A DNA stretch of 64,000 nucleotides from Octopus vulgaris (GCA_951406725.2 OX597827.1:24614001-24678000); one strand, 5' to 3'; counted from the first letter of the stretch, positions 1-13,343 are shown. Program-made: numbers and translations. The notes: generated by a model from the letters alone, not told the origin.

Positions 1-53
1 GGGGAAAAGGAGATTTATGTAAACAAAAGGAATTCCTGAGTCAGCTTTCGTTC

Positions 54-463
<410 letters not shown>

Positions 464-925
464 GAACGAAGAAGGAATTATTATTTGTATTTAATCTTTC
501 TTAAGAACAATAAGCTTTGGTTGGTACTGTAGCCTATTTTCTTTGGTCTTGAATACTGGTTTCTTGAGTTTCAGAAAGAGGAGGGAGAGAGAGAGAGAGA
601 GGGTGGGGGGAGAGATAGAGAGATAGAAAGAGAGGGGTGAGATGGTGAGAGAGAGAGACAGATGGAAAGAGTGAGAGAAGGAGAGCAGGAAAGATACAAT
701 TATGTTCAAAACAATTGGCAACGTTAAAATTAGATGTTTGTGTGTACAAATACATGTACTCGTACATGTGCACACACACACACACACGTTTATATATGTA
801 TGTGTATATATATAGGTATACATATATATATGTGTGTGTGTGTGTGTATGTGTCTGAATGTATATATATAGGTATATCTGTCTATGTTTATCTATCTATC
901 TGTTGGTCTGTCTATCTAAAGAAAC

Positions 926-1188
<263 letters not shown>

Positions 1189-2300
1189 TTGGGTCAAGTC
1201 ATAAATAATTTCAGTTTTTTGGAAGTAAATTGTAACGATGCATTTTGAACTTCCAGGTGTTTAAAATTGAAATGGAAGTTACTGTTTCTAAAAGAGCCTT
1301 CATCTGTCATTCGTATTTAAGCAGGTAAAACATGCACATCAGATTTTAATATTAAATTTCCCTCCCCTAAAATGGATAAACTGAAAGTGCATATTCGACA
1401 TGTGATATTGCAGAAGATTAAGAATGGTAAAATATGCAACAGAAGCAGCTGAGAAAATATGCAGTGGTTGGCTATAGCAAGGCGTCATTTCTGAATGGCA
1501 AGTGCGAAATTGGTTTTCAAAGTTTTGTTCCAGAGATTTGTCATTGAGAGACAACTCAGATCATGATGCTCATCAGACTTTGATCAAGAAACTTTAAAAG
1601 AACTGGTGGCATTCAATCCTTGTAAAAATACTCAGGAATTAGCATTTCACCTGATCACATCCTAATCCACCATCTGTTGCCACTTGGAAAAGTCAGAAAG
1701 TTGGGGGTATAGGTTCCTCAAACTGTTAGTGAGGAGAATAGGGAAGATCGCATGTCCATAGCGACAAGTCTTCTTCCAAGACAGAGAAATTGCTTCTCAA
1801 TAATATCTTCACAGGTGATGAAAAATGGGTTTTTTATGACAATGTTCAATGCAAAAGGCAGTGGACTGACAAGGATAAATCTCCATAAGCTACCTTAAAG
1901 GCTGAGCTCCACTGAATGAAGGTTATATTGTGTGTATGGTGGGATCACTGTGATATTATTCATTTTGAGATTTTAAACCACAACCAAACACTAAATGCTG
2001 ACTTGAATTCTCAGCAGCTGCAATGTGTGATTGGAAATCTTTTAAGAAAATGTCCTGCACTCATCAATAAGAGAAATATGCTTCTCCATGATAATACAAG
2101 ACTACATTCAGCAAGAATCATGTAGGATGAAATATTGGATTTCAGCTGATCTGTTCTACCCCATCCACTGTATTTACCAGACCTTGCATCAGTTGATTCC
2201 CATCTTTCCCGCTCTCTACAAATTGCTCTGAAGAGGAAAAAAATCTCCTCAAGAAGATCAGGTGAAAATGTATGTGGAAAATGTCTAAACTGGCAAAATG
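1189..2300 (+). mobile_element. Decayed mariner (DD34D) transposon with transposase pseudogene
   Basis: ATG at 1372 (MDKLKVHIRHVIL), then frameshifted motifs VRNWFSKF, NIFTGDEKWVFYDN, KVILCVWWD, LLHDNTRLH and HPLYLPDLASVDSHLSRSLQ (mariner YSPDLAPSD). TIR-like ttgggtca at 1189; right TIR not seen. Confidence 0.92.
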
Positions 2301-2399
2301 ACCATTCCTAAATACAACAATATCTGTTTCAACACACGATTTCACATAAAAAATTTTGCAAAACAAATATATATATAAATATAAATAATATATGTGTAT

Positions 2400-2619
2400 A
2401 TTACTCTTTACTCTTTTACTCTTTTAGTTGTTTCAGTCATTTGACTGCGGCCATGCTGGAGCACCACCTTTAGTCGAGCAAATCGACCCCGGGACTTATT
2501 CTTTGTAAGCCCAGTACTTATTCTATCGGTCTCTTTTGCCGAACCGCTAAGTGACGGGGACGTAAACACACCAGCATCGGTTGTCAAGCAATGCTAGGGG
2601 GACAAACACACACACACAT

Positions 2620-2658
<39 letters not shown>

Positions 2659-2763
2659 TACAACAGGCTTCTTTCAGTTTCCGTCTACCAAATCCACTCA
2701 CAAGGCATTGGTTGGCCCGGGGCTATAGCAGAAGACACTTGCCCAAGATGCCACGCAGTGGGA
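2400..2763 (-). mobile_element. SINE family A (tRNA-derived, internal (TA)n(TG)n, GTAAAAGA tail), 5' truncated
   Basis: Reverse complement of the family-A body seen many times in the window (e.g. 41309-41730). Confidence 0.9.
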
Positions 2764-4094
2764 TATATGTATATATGCATACATATATCTACATACTTAC
2801 GTCTATACATATATATTTGGGCACAGGATGTCACAAAATGTGTACAACAAAAAATACAAAGTACAAGTACATGGAATATGAACTATTTTTTTGAACAACA
2901 AAAGACACAAATGGAAACCAAAACAAACAACATAAAGAACGACCCTTCATCAGTTGTTGGCTGTTTTTCAGTCTCGTATTTTGAGCATTTAACAACAATA
3001 TATGCTTTTGATAAAGCAGTTGCTCCTGCAAAGAAAATTAAATAAAATTTGGGATTTTGTGGAGGGTCAAAATTGGTAACACAAACAGGACAGTGAAAAC
3101 AAACAAGGGCTGCTAAGCCTAAATTAGGTTGTGGTGGTGAATGCGTAAATCAAGCTTGGACAGGAGACAGACAAGAACACGTCTTCTTTGTTCCAGCTAC
3201 AATGGAGAGAAAGATGGCCGAAGGTCACATAGGAGCCACATGAGCAAGAGAGGAGGAGTGAGAGTGTGTGAGAGAGAGAGAGAGAGAGAGATTGACAGAG
3301 TAATAGGATAGAATAGTGGGAGAAGAGGAGGTAAAAGAATAAGAGAGAGAAAAAGAGAAAAATGAAAGAGTAAAAAGATCGTATAGAGTGTGCGTCAGCA
3401 TTATTAAGATAAAACTTACTCGGAAGAGGATGCATGGCATTCAATCATATAATAATATATATAATATAAATACACATATGTGTAAATATAGCAAATGAAA
3501 GATGGAGGATGGAATATGCGAGAATTTATTATTAATCACAACAATTGTTTCAACATATCTAGCATTGATTCGTTTTATTATCCATATGTAAAAACATATA
3601 TTTGACAATGTAATTCTTCTCGTCATGTGTTCTAATCATTTTATGTTTTCTTAATTTCCATGCTGGTATGTGTGGACAAAGATGTTCACCACCACATCAC
3701 CTCACCACGTGCCACTCTCCCCCTCCATGAGATTCAACATCCTGAGGTCAGCCTTCAATACTCCCCTCCTTTTCATCTTCTGCAGGCTCTTTCCACTCAA
3801 ACCATTTATTTCCTTCCATGACCAAGTTCCCTTCATTACTCCCACAGCCATGATGGGGCTGCATCAGTGCAGTCTCCTCTCCTATGCACTATGGATTATT
3901 CCTCTCCAGTGTTCTCTCACAATACCACATCAGAGAGGGTCAGTACTATGCAGTTGTTTGATATGCTAGAAATGGCAGCCAAATTTCTCTTAAATCATTC
4001 TTTAACAGCACTCCATCAGTTAACGGCTGAGTATTCCTCAGACATGTGTGCCCTTAATGTAGTTCTCAGGAAGATTCAGTGTGACATAGACTGA

Positions 4095-4556
4095 GAATGT
4101 AAAAGTGGACGAAATGCCACAAAGCATTTTGCTTGGCATCATAATGATTCTGCTAACGATTCTGCTAGCTCACTGCCTTAATAATAATAATGATTTCAAA
4201 TTTTGGCACAAGGCCAATAATTCTGGGGGAGGGGTAACTTGATTACACCTAGTGTTTCACTGGTACTTATTCTATCCTGGAGGGATGAAAGGCAAAGTCT
4301 TTGAACTCAAAACAAAGAATTTGAAGTCGGAACGTAAAGACGGGCAAAATGCAGTTAAGCATTTTTTCCCAGTGTGCTAATGATCCACAAAACTTTGGAG
4401 ATGTTAAGTCGATTACATCAACCACAGTGTGTAACTGGTACTTATTTCATTGACCCCAAAAGGCTTTTAAGGTCGATAAATTAAGTGCCAGTTGCATACT
4501 GCAGTCAATCTAAATGACTGCCCCACCTCCCCCAAAATTTCGGGCCTTGTGCCTAT
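4095..4556 (-). mobile_element. Cluster of SINE family B fragments, last one inverted
   Basis: Shares the gactttgcctttcatcc...gataaattaagtaccag core with full copies at 49822-50033 and 63512-63735. Confidence 0.75.
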
Positions 4557-4925
4557 ATTTTTACAATAGATCTGCTTCTGTTACGTAATTTGATTGTTTT
4601 AAAATTTTGTGTCTTCAGATATTTTTTTGAAATGATTCATAAATTTTTATTTCATCACTATTCCAAAAATAATAAAAAAAAGCACAGATTAAAAAAAAAA
4701 TTAACATTATGGATGTAACCCAGAAGTGTGGTGGTGTAGTAAGAAGTTTGCTTTCCAACCACATGGTTCCAGGTTCAGTCCTACTGTATGGCACCTTGGG
4801 CAAGTGTCTTCTACTATTGTCTCAGGATGGCCAAGGTCAGTGGACTTGGTAGACAGAAACTGAAAGAAGACTGTTATCATACGTGAATGTATATATATAT
4901 ATGTGTATATATATACATCTGTATA

Positions 4926-5257
4926 TATATGATGTGTGGTGAATTTATGGAAAGAAAACTCATAAAAACTCATCAATTTAGTTAAAAATGGAGAAGACAA
5001 GTTGAGAATTTTAATTCATGCAGACGAAATGATTATCTGCATGAATTAAATTTTTCTTATATATTTTAACAACATTGATTTAGCTAAATCGATGAGTTTT
5101 ATGGGACTTCTTTGTATAAACTCACCACACATCATATACAAGTATTACTTTCATACCTTCGCAAATTTACGCCTAAAACCTACCAGCAAAGTTTGAAGAA
5201 TCAGCATTAGAAACCTCCAAAGTTAAAGGACGAATCTACATACAACCTTTTTACACC
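4926..5257. mobile_element. Palindromic repeat, probable Penelope-like pLTR remnant
   Basis: Inverted arms tatatgatgtgtggtga / tcaccacacatcatata plus an unpaired extension; homologous to 20457-21510. Confidence 0.55.
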
Positions 5258-5261
5258 TATC

Positions 5262-5329
5262 TCTGTCTGTCTATCTATCTATCAGTCTGTCTATCTATCT
5301 ATCTATATATCTATCTATCTATCTATCTA

Positions 5330-5401
<72 letters not shown>

Positions 5402-5650
5402 TCTATCTGTCTATCTATGTATGTATGTATGTATGTATGTATGTATGTATGTATGTATGTATGTATGTATGTATCTATCTCTCTATCTATCTATCTATCT
5501 ATCTAGCTAGCTAGCTAGCTAGCTATCTGTCTGTCTGTCTATCTATTTGTCTATCTATCTATCTATCTATCTATCTTCTATCTATCTATTTATCTATCTA
5601 TCTAAATGTATGTATGTATATGCATGTGTGTGTGTGTGTGTGTGTGTGTC
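5262..5650. repeat. Compound (TCTA)/(TCTG)/(TATG)/(TG) microsatellite
   Basis: Directly visible. Confidence 0.95.
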
Positions 5651-6145
5651 TATATGTCTGTGTTTGTCTCCCACCACTGCTTCACAACAGGTGCTGGTGT
5701 GTATCACAACCTTGTAACTTAGTGGTTCAGCAAAAATGACCAACAAAATAAGCACCCGGCTTTAGAAAAAAGAAGAAATAAGTACTGGGGTCAATGTAGT
5801 TGACTAAAATCCTTCAAGGCAATGCCCCAGCTTGGCCACAGTTTTAAATGACTGAAACAAGTAAAAGACACCTTATTGCTTATATGAAAAATAGGATCAA
5901 TTTCTCAGTAAATGAAATACAAGTGATTTAACAGTTGTGTTGCTATGGTAATTAGTTTAATAACACAAATCGAAGTTTTCTCGCTAAAACTTGTGATAAA
6001 TACATTTAAATATTGACCCCATTAAAAAAAGGGGAAATACTTCTTTTGTTTTCCTTTGTTAACTCTTTGGTCAATATTGAGTCAAATATTTCATTTGATT
6101 CCATATTGGGAGATATAGATCAAACATGGAGCTATTTATAGTTTG

Positions 6146-6603
6146 GGATCTTTTCGGTTTGAACAGCAGTTTTTTCTAGCGGTGTCATATGAAGTTGTCA
6201 CCATAATTATGACCCTAGTATCAATCTATTGCATTTCAATCTGTTTTAGGGTTAGAGTTAGGGTTAGGGTTAGAGTTAGGGTTAGTTAGAGTTGGTTAGG
6301 GTTAGGGGTGGGGGAAGGGTATCTTTTTTTCTTCAGAAATATAAATAAACCCAATCTGTTTCTTAAACGAGGGACATATTCATACGGCACAGAATGTTTT
6401 CACCCCAATAGACGTCATTAATTGGTTGAAATTGCAGAAATTGAAGAAAAAAACAACAAATATGTTACAAACTATAGAATTTTCTCAATAAAGCCAAGAG
6501 AAAAAGATGTTTTATAAACACATTCTACCAGTATACGAAGTTTAAAAGTGTTTAGTTATCTGGAAATTATTTTAAAAAACCGCCGGTCAAACCGAAAAGT
6601 TCC
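6146..6603. mobile_element. MITE with ~30-bp TIRs, 8-bp TSD and internal TTAGGG-like repeats
   Basis: TIR GGATCTTTTCGGTTTGAACAGCAGTTTTTT vs reverse complement GGAACTTTTCGGTTTGACCGGCGGTTTTTT; flanks ATAGTTTG / ATAGTTTA. Confidence 0.88.
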
Positions 6604-7259
6604 ATAGTTTATTGGGACACTTTAGGTTTCAACTTCTATGCTCAATGCTGAATCTTACTGAAAATTGCTTTAACTATGGTACCAAAGTCATTGGAACAAT
6701 ATTTGGTTTAGCTTTGGTACCAAAGTTACAAGAACAATGTCCAGTATAACTTTCAAGCTAATGTCAGACTCGATTTCCTGTTCAGCCCCAGGCAATGAAT
6801 TGATGAAATTCTTGGAGAATTGGACAAAAAACATGCAGTAATGATAAGGCCTTTCACATTTATTGAAGTACCCCACTAGTGACCCCCAGAACAAATTACA
6901 ATCGAAATACAGAAGAGCAGAGGGTGCTCTCTCAGAGTTAGAGCAGGAGTGTAACCTGAGAATCCCCATGAGTAGCGGTGCATCATTCCATGTGCATATT
7001 ATTAAAATGGCAGCACTGTGCAGAGAACTGTTTGGGATTCTGAGATCAGAACAAGGAAAAAGGATGCCATGCTGGTTTGAAGACTCACTGAAATAAATCC
7101 TGTCTTCGACCCATCTAATTTTGATAAAACTAAAACACCATTCAAGTTGATTCAGTATTTGTATAAATTGTTTTAGATGTGGAAAGAATTATAACAGGAA
7201 GGAAAAACAGTTTTGAAGTTAGATTAAATTTCTTGTCTAACACAAGAATATTACAGACT

Positions 7260-7430
7260 GGTTTCAAATTTTGACACAAGGCCATCGAGAAGAGAGTAAG
7301 TTGATTACATCGACCTCAGTATGCTACTGGTACTTAACTTATCAACCCCAAAAGGATGAATGGCAAAGTCAACCTTGGAGGAATTTGAACTCAGAATGTA
7401 TGAAATGCCATAAAGCATTTTGGCTGGCAA
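7260..7430 (-). mobile_element. SINE family B
   Basis: aaaggatgaatggcaaagtcaacc...gaatttgaactcagaa core. Confidence 0.8.
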
Positions 7431-7760
7431 ATCTAAAATAACACATTTTCTGATTCCATTATTATTAAAAATTAAAAACAAAACTTTTGGTATTGGAAAA
7501 TTGAATTGGGGTGTTTGATTGAAAGTGACTGGAATAGAACCCAAAGTGAAATAAAAACAAGAAAATAAATAAAACAACAACAATAAAAAACTAGGTAAAT
7601 AATGAAGAAAATAAACAGTAATCCATAATTAACAGATAATTTCATTGTATGTAATTGCTAAGCAATACCATTTTTGAAAGTAGTAATTTGGTTGACAAGA
7701 TTAATTGATGCGTTTGTTTTAAGCGTTAATTTGTGATCAGAAAAAGAGATATTTACTTAC

Positions 7761-7870
7761 CTGATGACACGGTTGGCATGTTGAACTCACGTCAAGAGAA
7801 CCATCACTGTTATTGACTCACATACACTCCTGTCCTAAATAGCTGGCTTTTGCTACACATTGGTTTTAAT
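7761..7870 (-). other. Possible exon ending at a consensus splice donor
   Basis: Minus strand reads ttcaacATGCCAACCGTGTCATCAG|GTAAGT in non-repetitive sequence; no partner exon found. Confidence 0.2.
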
Positions 7871-9044
7871 TTTTTATTTCCCAATCACTCAAACCAGACA
7901 TAAGAGAATGCATGTATGAATACATATATATATCTATATACATGGCTTGGTAGGAAACGTAAATGTATGTGTACAAGTATGGAAGGGAGAGGAGAACGTT
8001 TGACAGGGTATGATTATATTTGTAATTGATCGTCTTGTATGAGTTGATTGATCTATAATTACACATCAATCTCTCTAAATAAATGTAAATATGTTGGTGC
8101 AGATCAATATTTGTGTAATGCATAGACATTCTCATATAAATCTATTCACATATGTTTGTATTTAAATTATAAATAAGCAACTGTGAGGCAAAAGTTAAAA
8201 AAATATATGGAAATATTCACAAATCTCACATATAAAGGAATAACGGTTTTGTAAAGGGACTTAAATCTTCCTGAGTAGCAAAAACATGTTCAAGAATTTT
8301 CATTCAATTTTAAAAGATGTGTCAAAAATATCACACCCTTTAATGAAATACCACAAAAATGCAGTAGATTCTTGATGTAATATTGCTAATGATATTTATT
8401 TTAATTAGAAAATTCTTTTCAAACCATACACACCATTTTTCATTGAAATCCATAAAAAAAAAAAACAGGGATTTAATTTCATTTAATAGCTGTTATGATT
8501 GTGTAGCGATATTTTAGAATCTTTATATTCACATGGTAAATGGTGAAGTAGTTATTATTTTAGTGAAATGACAAACTGTTAACATCTGCAGTGGGGAGGC
8601 ATTGAAATGTATTGATTTCTTTCTGTGTAAAAATTATTGATCAACGATTTGTAAATCGATAGCAAATGTGAGATACAAATCCATTAAATTGAAGGTAAGT
8701 AAACAAATCCATAAGGAACAAAAGCGAGGGTTATACCCAGGTGCAGAATAAAAGTTTTATCATCTTGAGCAATCAGTTATTGATTAATAATCCAGATCCA
8801 TTGAAAGGTTATGTTTTAAATCTGATTAACAGTTTTAAAGTTCAGTTTTGGATGAAGATGAACAGAAGTAAAATAGTCCATAGAAAACTGGAAAATACAA
8901 AAATCTGTTGTTTTTAAAAAAAAATATTATTGAATAAATTAGGTAAGGGTAATTCTGTGATCCAGAAGATCAGTTCATGATTCCATAGTTCCAGATCCAG
9001 GACCAATAATAGACAGAACTTCTGGTGAGTCTTTTCTGCTTTGT

Positions 9045-9440
9045 GGATGGAATTTGTAGATGGTAACTGTGGAAAGCCACGGTATGTCTGTGTGTGTATA
9101 TATGCATATATATATATATGTGTGTGTGTATATATATATACATATATATAAAATCATATATCACGTGTATAAATGTGTGTGTGTGCGTGTGTGTGTATGT
9201 GTACTTATGTATATGTATATGTGTGTGTCTGGGTTTAAACCTGATGACCAGTATTGTGTTTAAGTTTGTGTTTGTGTCTCTTTATGATATATAACTTAGT
9301 GGTTCAACAAATGGGGAATGGATAAAATAAGTACCACATTGAAGTAAGCACTGGGATTGATATGATTGTCTGAATTACTTGATCGCAGCAGTGCCCCAGT
9401 TTGGCCACAGTTCAGTGACTGAAACCAGACAAAGAATAAA
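9045..9440 (+). mobile_element. Old, degraded SINE family A copy
   Basis: Diverged body and tail motifs (ataacttagtggttc, ggccacagttcagtgactgaaac). Confidence 0.65.
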
Positions 9441-10252
9441 AAACAAAACAAATGAATCATTAAATATCCAAATATGACCGAAAATATGCCTCAAAGAATG
9501 TAACCTAAATAGTTCTCTCTTGATAATATCTGTCAGTGTAATATATCACATGAGGTGAAATACATCTAAAGATAACGGTTTGTTTTGAAATTGAGAATAA
9601 AGGGGGAAAAAAAAAAGAACCACATCACAAAATTCTGGTTGGTTCCAGACATTAAGCATAGTTTCTCTTGTGTATTTGATGCCACCAAAAATCCTCCCAT
9701 CTCTCATGTCACACAGCATCTATTCCAACCATCTCGCACTAGGTCAGTTACAGGTGAATGCAAACAGATATTTAAGAATATAGTACTATTTCAATTTCGC
9801 TATGAAGCCAGCCAGGAATAAAAAAAATCTCACACACATCACACATAATGTAATAGCTTTAGATTGTTTTTTTGTTTTTTTGATTGTTTTTTTTTTGTTT
9901 TTTTTTCAACAAAAGGATCAATTGGCAAGAGGGTGCTATAACTCAAACGGCCAGACAAACGTACCAGTAGCTGGCTTCACAGACTTTGGTAGCCATTCTA
10001 ATAATCAAAACCGATCGATAGTCATGTTTAATTTGGCAGGACAGATAGTGCAGTCGTAGATACGAGAGAGGCAACTCAAGTATAAAACAATGAAGGTGTG
10101 CTGAAATAAGTTCCTACCATGATTTTCATGTTTTTTTTTTGTTTTTTTTTATCTGTTATGAAATAATGAATGAATAATAAATATTTCTTGAGTGGCAAAA
10201 TATATTGTCTATGTTCCCATGACAACGCTCTCCTTCTAATGATTGATGCTTG

Positions 10253-10256
10253 TTAT

Positions 10257-10292
<36 letters not shown>

Positions 10293-10327
10293 TATTATTA
10301 TTATTATTATTATTATCATTACCATTA

Positions 10328-10358
<31 letters not shown>

Positions 10359-10432
10359 CATCATTATTATTATTATTATTGTTGTTATTATTATTATCAT
10401 CATCATCTTCATCATCATTATTATTATCATTA

Positions 10433-10483
<51 letters not shown>

Positions 10484-10484
10484 T
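10253..10484. repeat. (AAT)n followed by (ATT/ATC)n microsatellite
   Basis: Directly visible. Confidence 0.95.
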
Positions 10485-10642
10485 AGTGTAAGCATAGCCT
10501 TATTGAACCATTTAAATTTGTACAGCAGAGCATATCAGTGATAGGAAATGCACCGTAAATAATAGCATTCTTTTCAGAGAGTAAACAAAAGAAAATATTT
10601 AATTCTCTCTCTACCAGTTATATAAGTTTGTATACATATACA

Positions 10643-10983
10643 GACATGGCTGTGTGGTAAGAAGCTTGCTTCCCAACCACATGGTTCCGGGTTCAGTCTC
10701 ACTGCATGGCACCTTGGGTAAGACTCTTCTGCTATAGTGTCAGGCCAACCAAAACCTTGTGAGTGGATTTGGTTGATGGAAACTGAAAAGAAGCCTGTCA
10801 TGTATATGTGTATGTGTGTGTGTGTGTCTGTGTTTGACCCCCCCCATCGTTTGACAACTGATGTTGGTGTGTTTATGTCCCTATAACTTGCAAAAAGATA
10901 CCTATAGAATAAGTCCTTGGGTTGAATTGTTTGCCTAAAGGTGGTGCTCCAGCATGGCTGCAGTCAAGTAAAAGAATAAAAGA
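10643..10983 (+). mobile_element. SINE family A
   Basis: A-box-like TGGCTGTGTGG, B-box-like GGTTCAGTC, family body and tail. Confidence 0.88.
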
Positions 10984-11006
10984 ACATACACACATACATA
11001 CATATA

Positions 11007-11304
11007 CAGGAGTGGCTGTGTGGTAAGTAGCTTGCTTATGAACAACATGGTTCTGGGTTCATTCCCACTGCATGGCACCTTTATATGTATATGTATGTGT
11101 GTGTTTATGTATTTGTGTTTGTCCCCCCAACATCGCTTGACAACCGATGGTGGTGTGTTTACAGCCCCATAACTTAGCAGTTTGGCAAGAAAGACCGATA
11201 GAATAAGTACTAGGCTTACAAAGAATAAGTCCTGGGGTCGATTTGCTTGACTAAAGGTGGTGCTCCAGCATGGCCACAGTCAAATGACTGAAACAAGTAA
11301 AAGA

Positions 11305-11305
<1 letters not shown>
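11007..11305 (+). mobile_element. SINE family A, internally deleted
   Basis: Head joined directly to the microsatellite and tail. Confidence 0.85.
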
Positions 11306-11357
<52 letters not shown>

Positions 11358-11373
11358 ATACATATATATATTG

Positions 11374-11745
11374 TTAAAGCGGACAACAAACGTTAAGGCA
11401 AGGCAAACATCTCAAGTCATATGCATTATTATTATTGGGAAAAATTCAGTCTTACAGCTGTTTCTGGGATATCCAATGATGGAATGTCCCATACTCTGGA
11501 ATACCCCAGAAACAGCAGTAAGACTTTGAATTTTTCTCAATAATAATAATGCATATGACTTGAGATGCTTGTCTTGCCTTAACGTTTATTGTTCTTTTTA
11601 AGAGTTATATATCTGCTATATCGGAAATCTGCAATGGCTCCATAACTCTCGTCTCGGCTATAATCTTGGAGCCCTAGAAATCCACTACAGACTTATCCAG
11701 CGTACCTAGTCATTTAGATCACTTGTGAACTAAACCCCCATATTT
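11374..11745. mobile_element. Inverted-repeat element with hammerhead 3' halves (Penelope-like pLTR remnant)
   Basis: ~100-bp inverted arms across 11374-11601, each containing GAAACAGC(T/A)GTAAGACT, plus an unpaired extension; sits in (TA)n. Confidence 0.65.
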
Positions 11746-11804
11746 TGTATATATGTACGTGTGTGTGTGTGGGTGTGTGAGTGTGTGTGTGTATGTGTAT
11801 ATAT

Positions 11805-12120
11805 ATCATCATCATCGTTTAATGCCCATCTTCCCTGTATGCATGAATAGGATGGTTGACAGTAGTCGGCCAGGTAGGAAAACTACCCTAGGCTTACTGT
11901 GTCTGTTTTGGCAGGAATTTTATGGCTGGTTGCCCTCCCTAACACCCAACCACTCTGAAGAGTGGACTCAGTGCTTTTTACATGGCACTAGCACAGGAGA
12001 AGTTAGTTTCAGCATGATTTTTACAGCTGGATGCCCTTCCAGACACCAACCACATTACAGTGTGGACTGGATGCTTTTAACATGGCACCAACACTGGCGG
12101 GGCAACCAACTAACTCACAA
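11805..12120 (-). mobile_element. SINE family C (ggatgcccttcctaacgccaacc motif, (GAT)n tail)
   Basis: catcatcatcgtttaa tail and family motif, diverged and partly duplicated. Confidence 0.7.
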
Positions 12121-12258
12121 GACAAGGAATTATGAGAGGGGTAAGGGCATTTGAGGAGGGGAATATGAAAGGTTAGAGTGTGACAGAGAGAGACAGAAGC
12201 AGGCCAGAAAGAAGTGTGCTGATGTAAAGGTGACACTTGGTTACCTAGTCAGAGGAAA

Positions 12259-12262
<4 letters not shown>

Positions 12263-12330
<68 letters not shown>
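12263..12330. repeat. (GA)n microsatellite
   Basis: Directly visible. Confidence 0.97.
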
Positions 12331-12333
<3 letters not shown>

Positions 12334-12790
12334 GAAACAGCAAAAGTAGAAGAGAGGGAGCAGAAGAGAGACAGTGTAGTGCAAGGTTATACTCACGAGT
12401 AACAAGAATTTGAGCGTAGAACCTGGTTAGAAAAATAGGGAGTGGGTGTGGGTGGTGGAGGTGTGGGGGAGCAGCAATATATATATATATGTACATAAAT
12501 AAGTGTGTGTAAGTTGTGCATATTTATGTATAAATATATAATTCCTTTTTTTGGAACAGTGAATCTTGAAGTAGATAAAGCTATAAATAATAACATGTAC
12601 ATATTGGAGTAAAAAATCCTTTTGGTGAGAAAAATTTGAAAGTAGCCAAAAAGTTTTTCTGACACAATTTTTAAATGCTACCATTTATGACTTTATCCAC
12701 TTTGAGCTTCACTATTGCCCACAAAATTATACATTTTCAAAATTCTTATAATGTCAATAATATATATATATGTGTATATGTGTATATGTG

Positions 12791-12886
<96 letters not shown>

Positions 12887-13039
12887 TCCAACCCATGCTA
12901 GCATGGAAAGCGGACGCTAAACGATGATGATGATGATGTATATATATATATAGTTAATCCAAACATGAACAAAGAGAAAACACAACAACGTGAGGACATG
13001 GAAGAGAAAGTGTGGTAATAGAAGGAGTGAAGCAGTTGA

Positions 13040-13251
13040 AATTAGAGAGGCAAATCGTAAAATATTTAGTTTTCTCGAATTTTTGCTTTATTGGGGGTCA
13101 AATTGAAAAAACTTTATATGCCATGACCCAATGGAATCTACTTTGAAAAATCATAGGTAAATTCCAATTGAAGAAATTCTATATTGTACAATTGTATTAA
13201 AAACAAACTATGTGAGAGGCAGAGAAAATCTGCCTTTTATCATAAGAGATA
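13040..13251 (+). mobile_element. Probable non-autonomous Helentron/DINE-like 3' portion
   Basis: Ends in hairpin ggcaga-gaaaa-tctgcc followed by ttttatcataagagat. Confidence 0.4.
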
Positions 13252-13267
13252 TATAATGAAATATATT

Positions 13268-13343
<76 letters not shown>

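Larger units (their letters stand above)
4725..5868 (+). mobile_element. SINE family A split by nested insertions in its internal microsatellite
   Basis: Head 4725-4885 and tail 5650-5868, separated by a palindromic element and tetranucleotide arrays. Confidence 0.8.

Noticed and set aside
6245-6315. True telomere or chromosome-fusion site
   Set aside because: Short, degenerate and enclosed in a TIR/TSD-bounded MITE.
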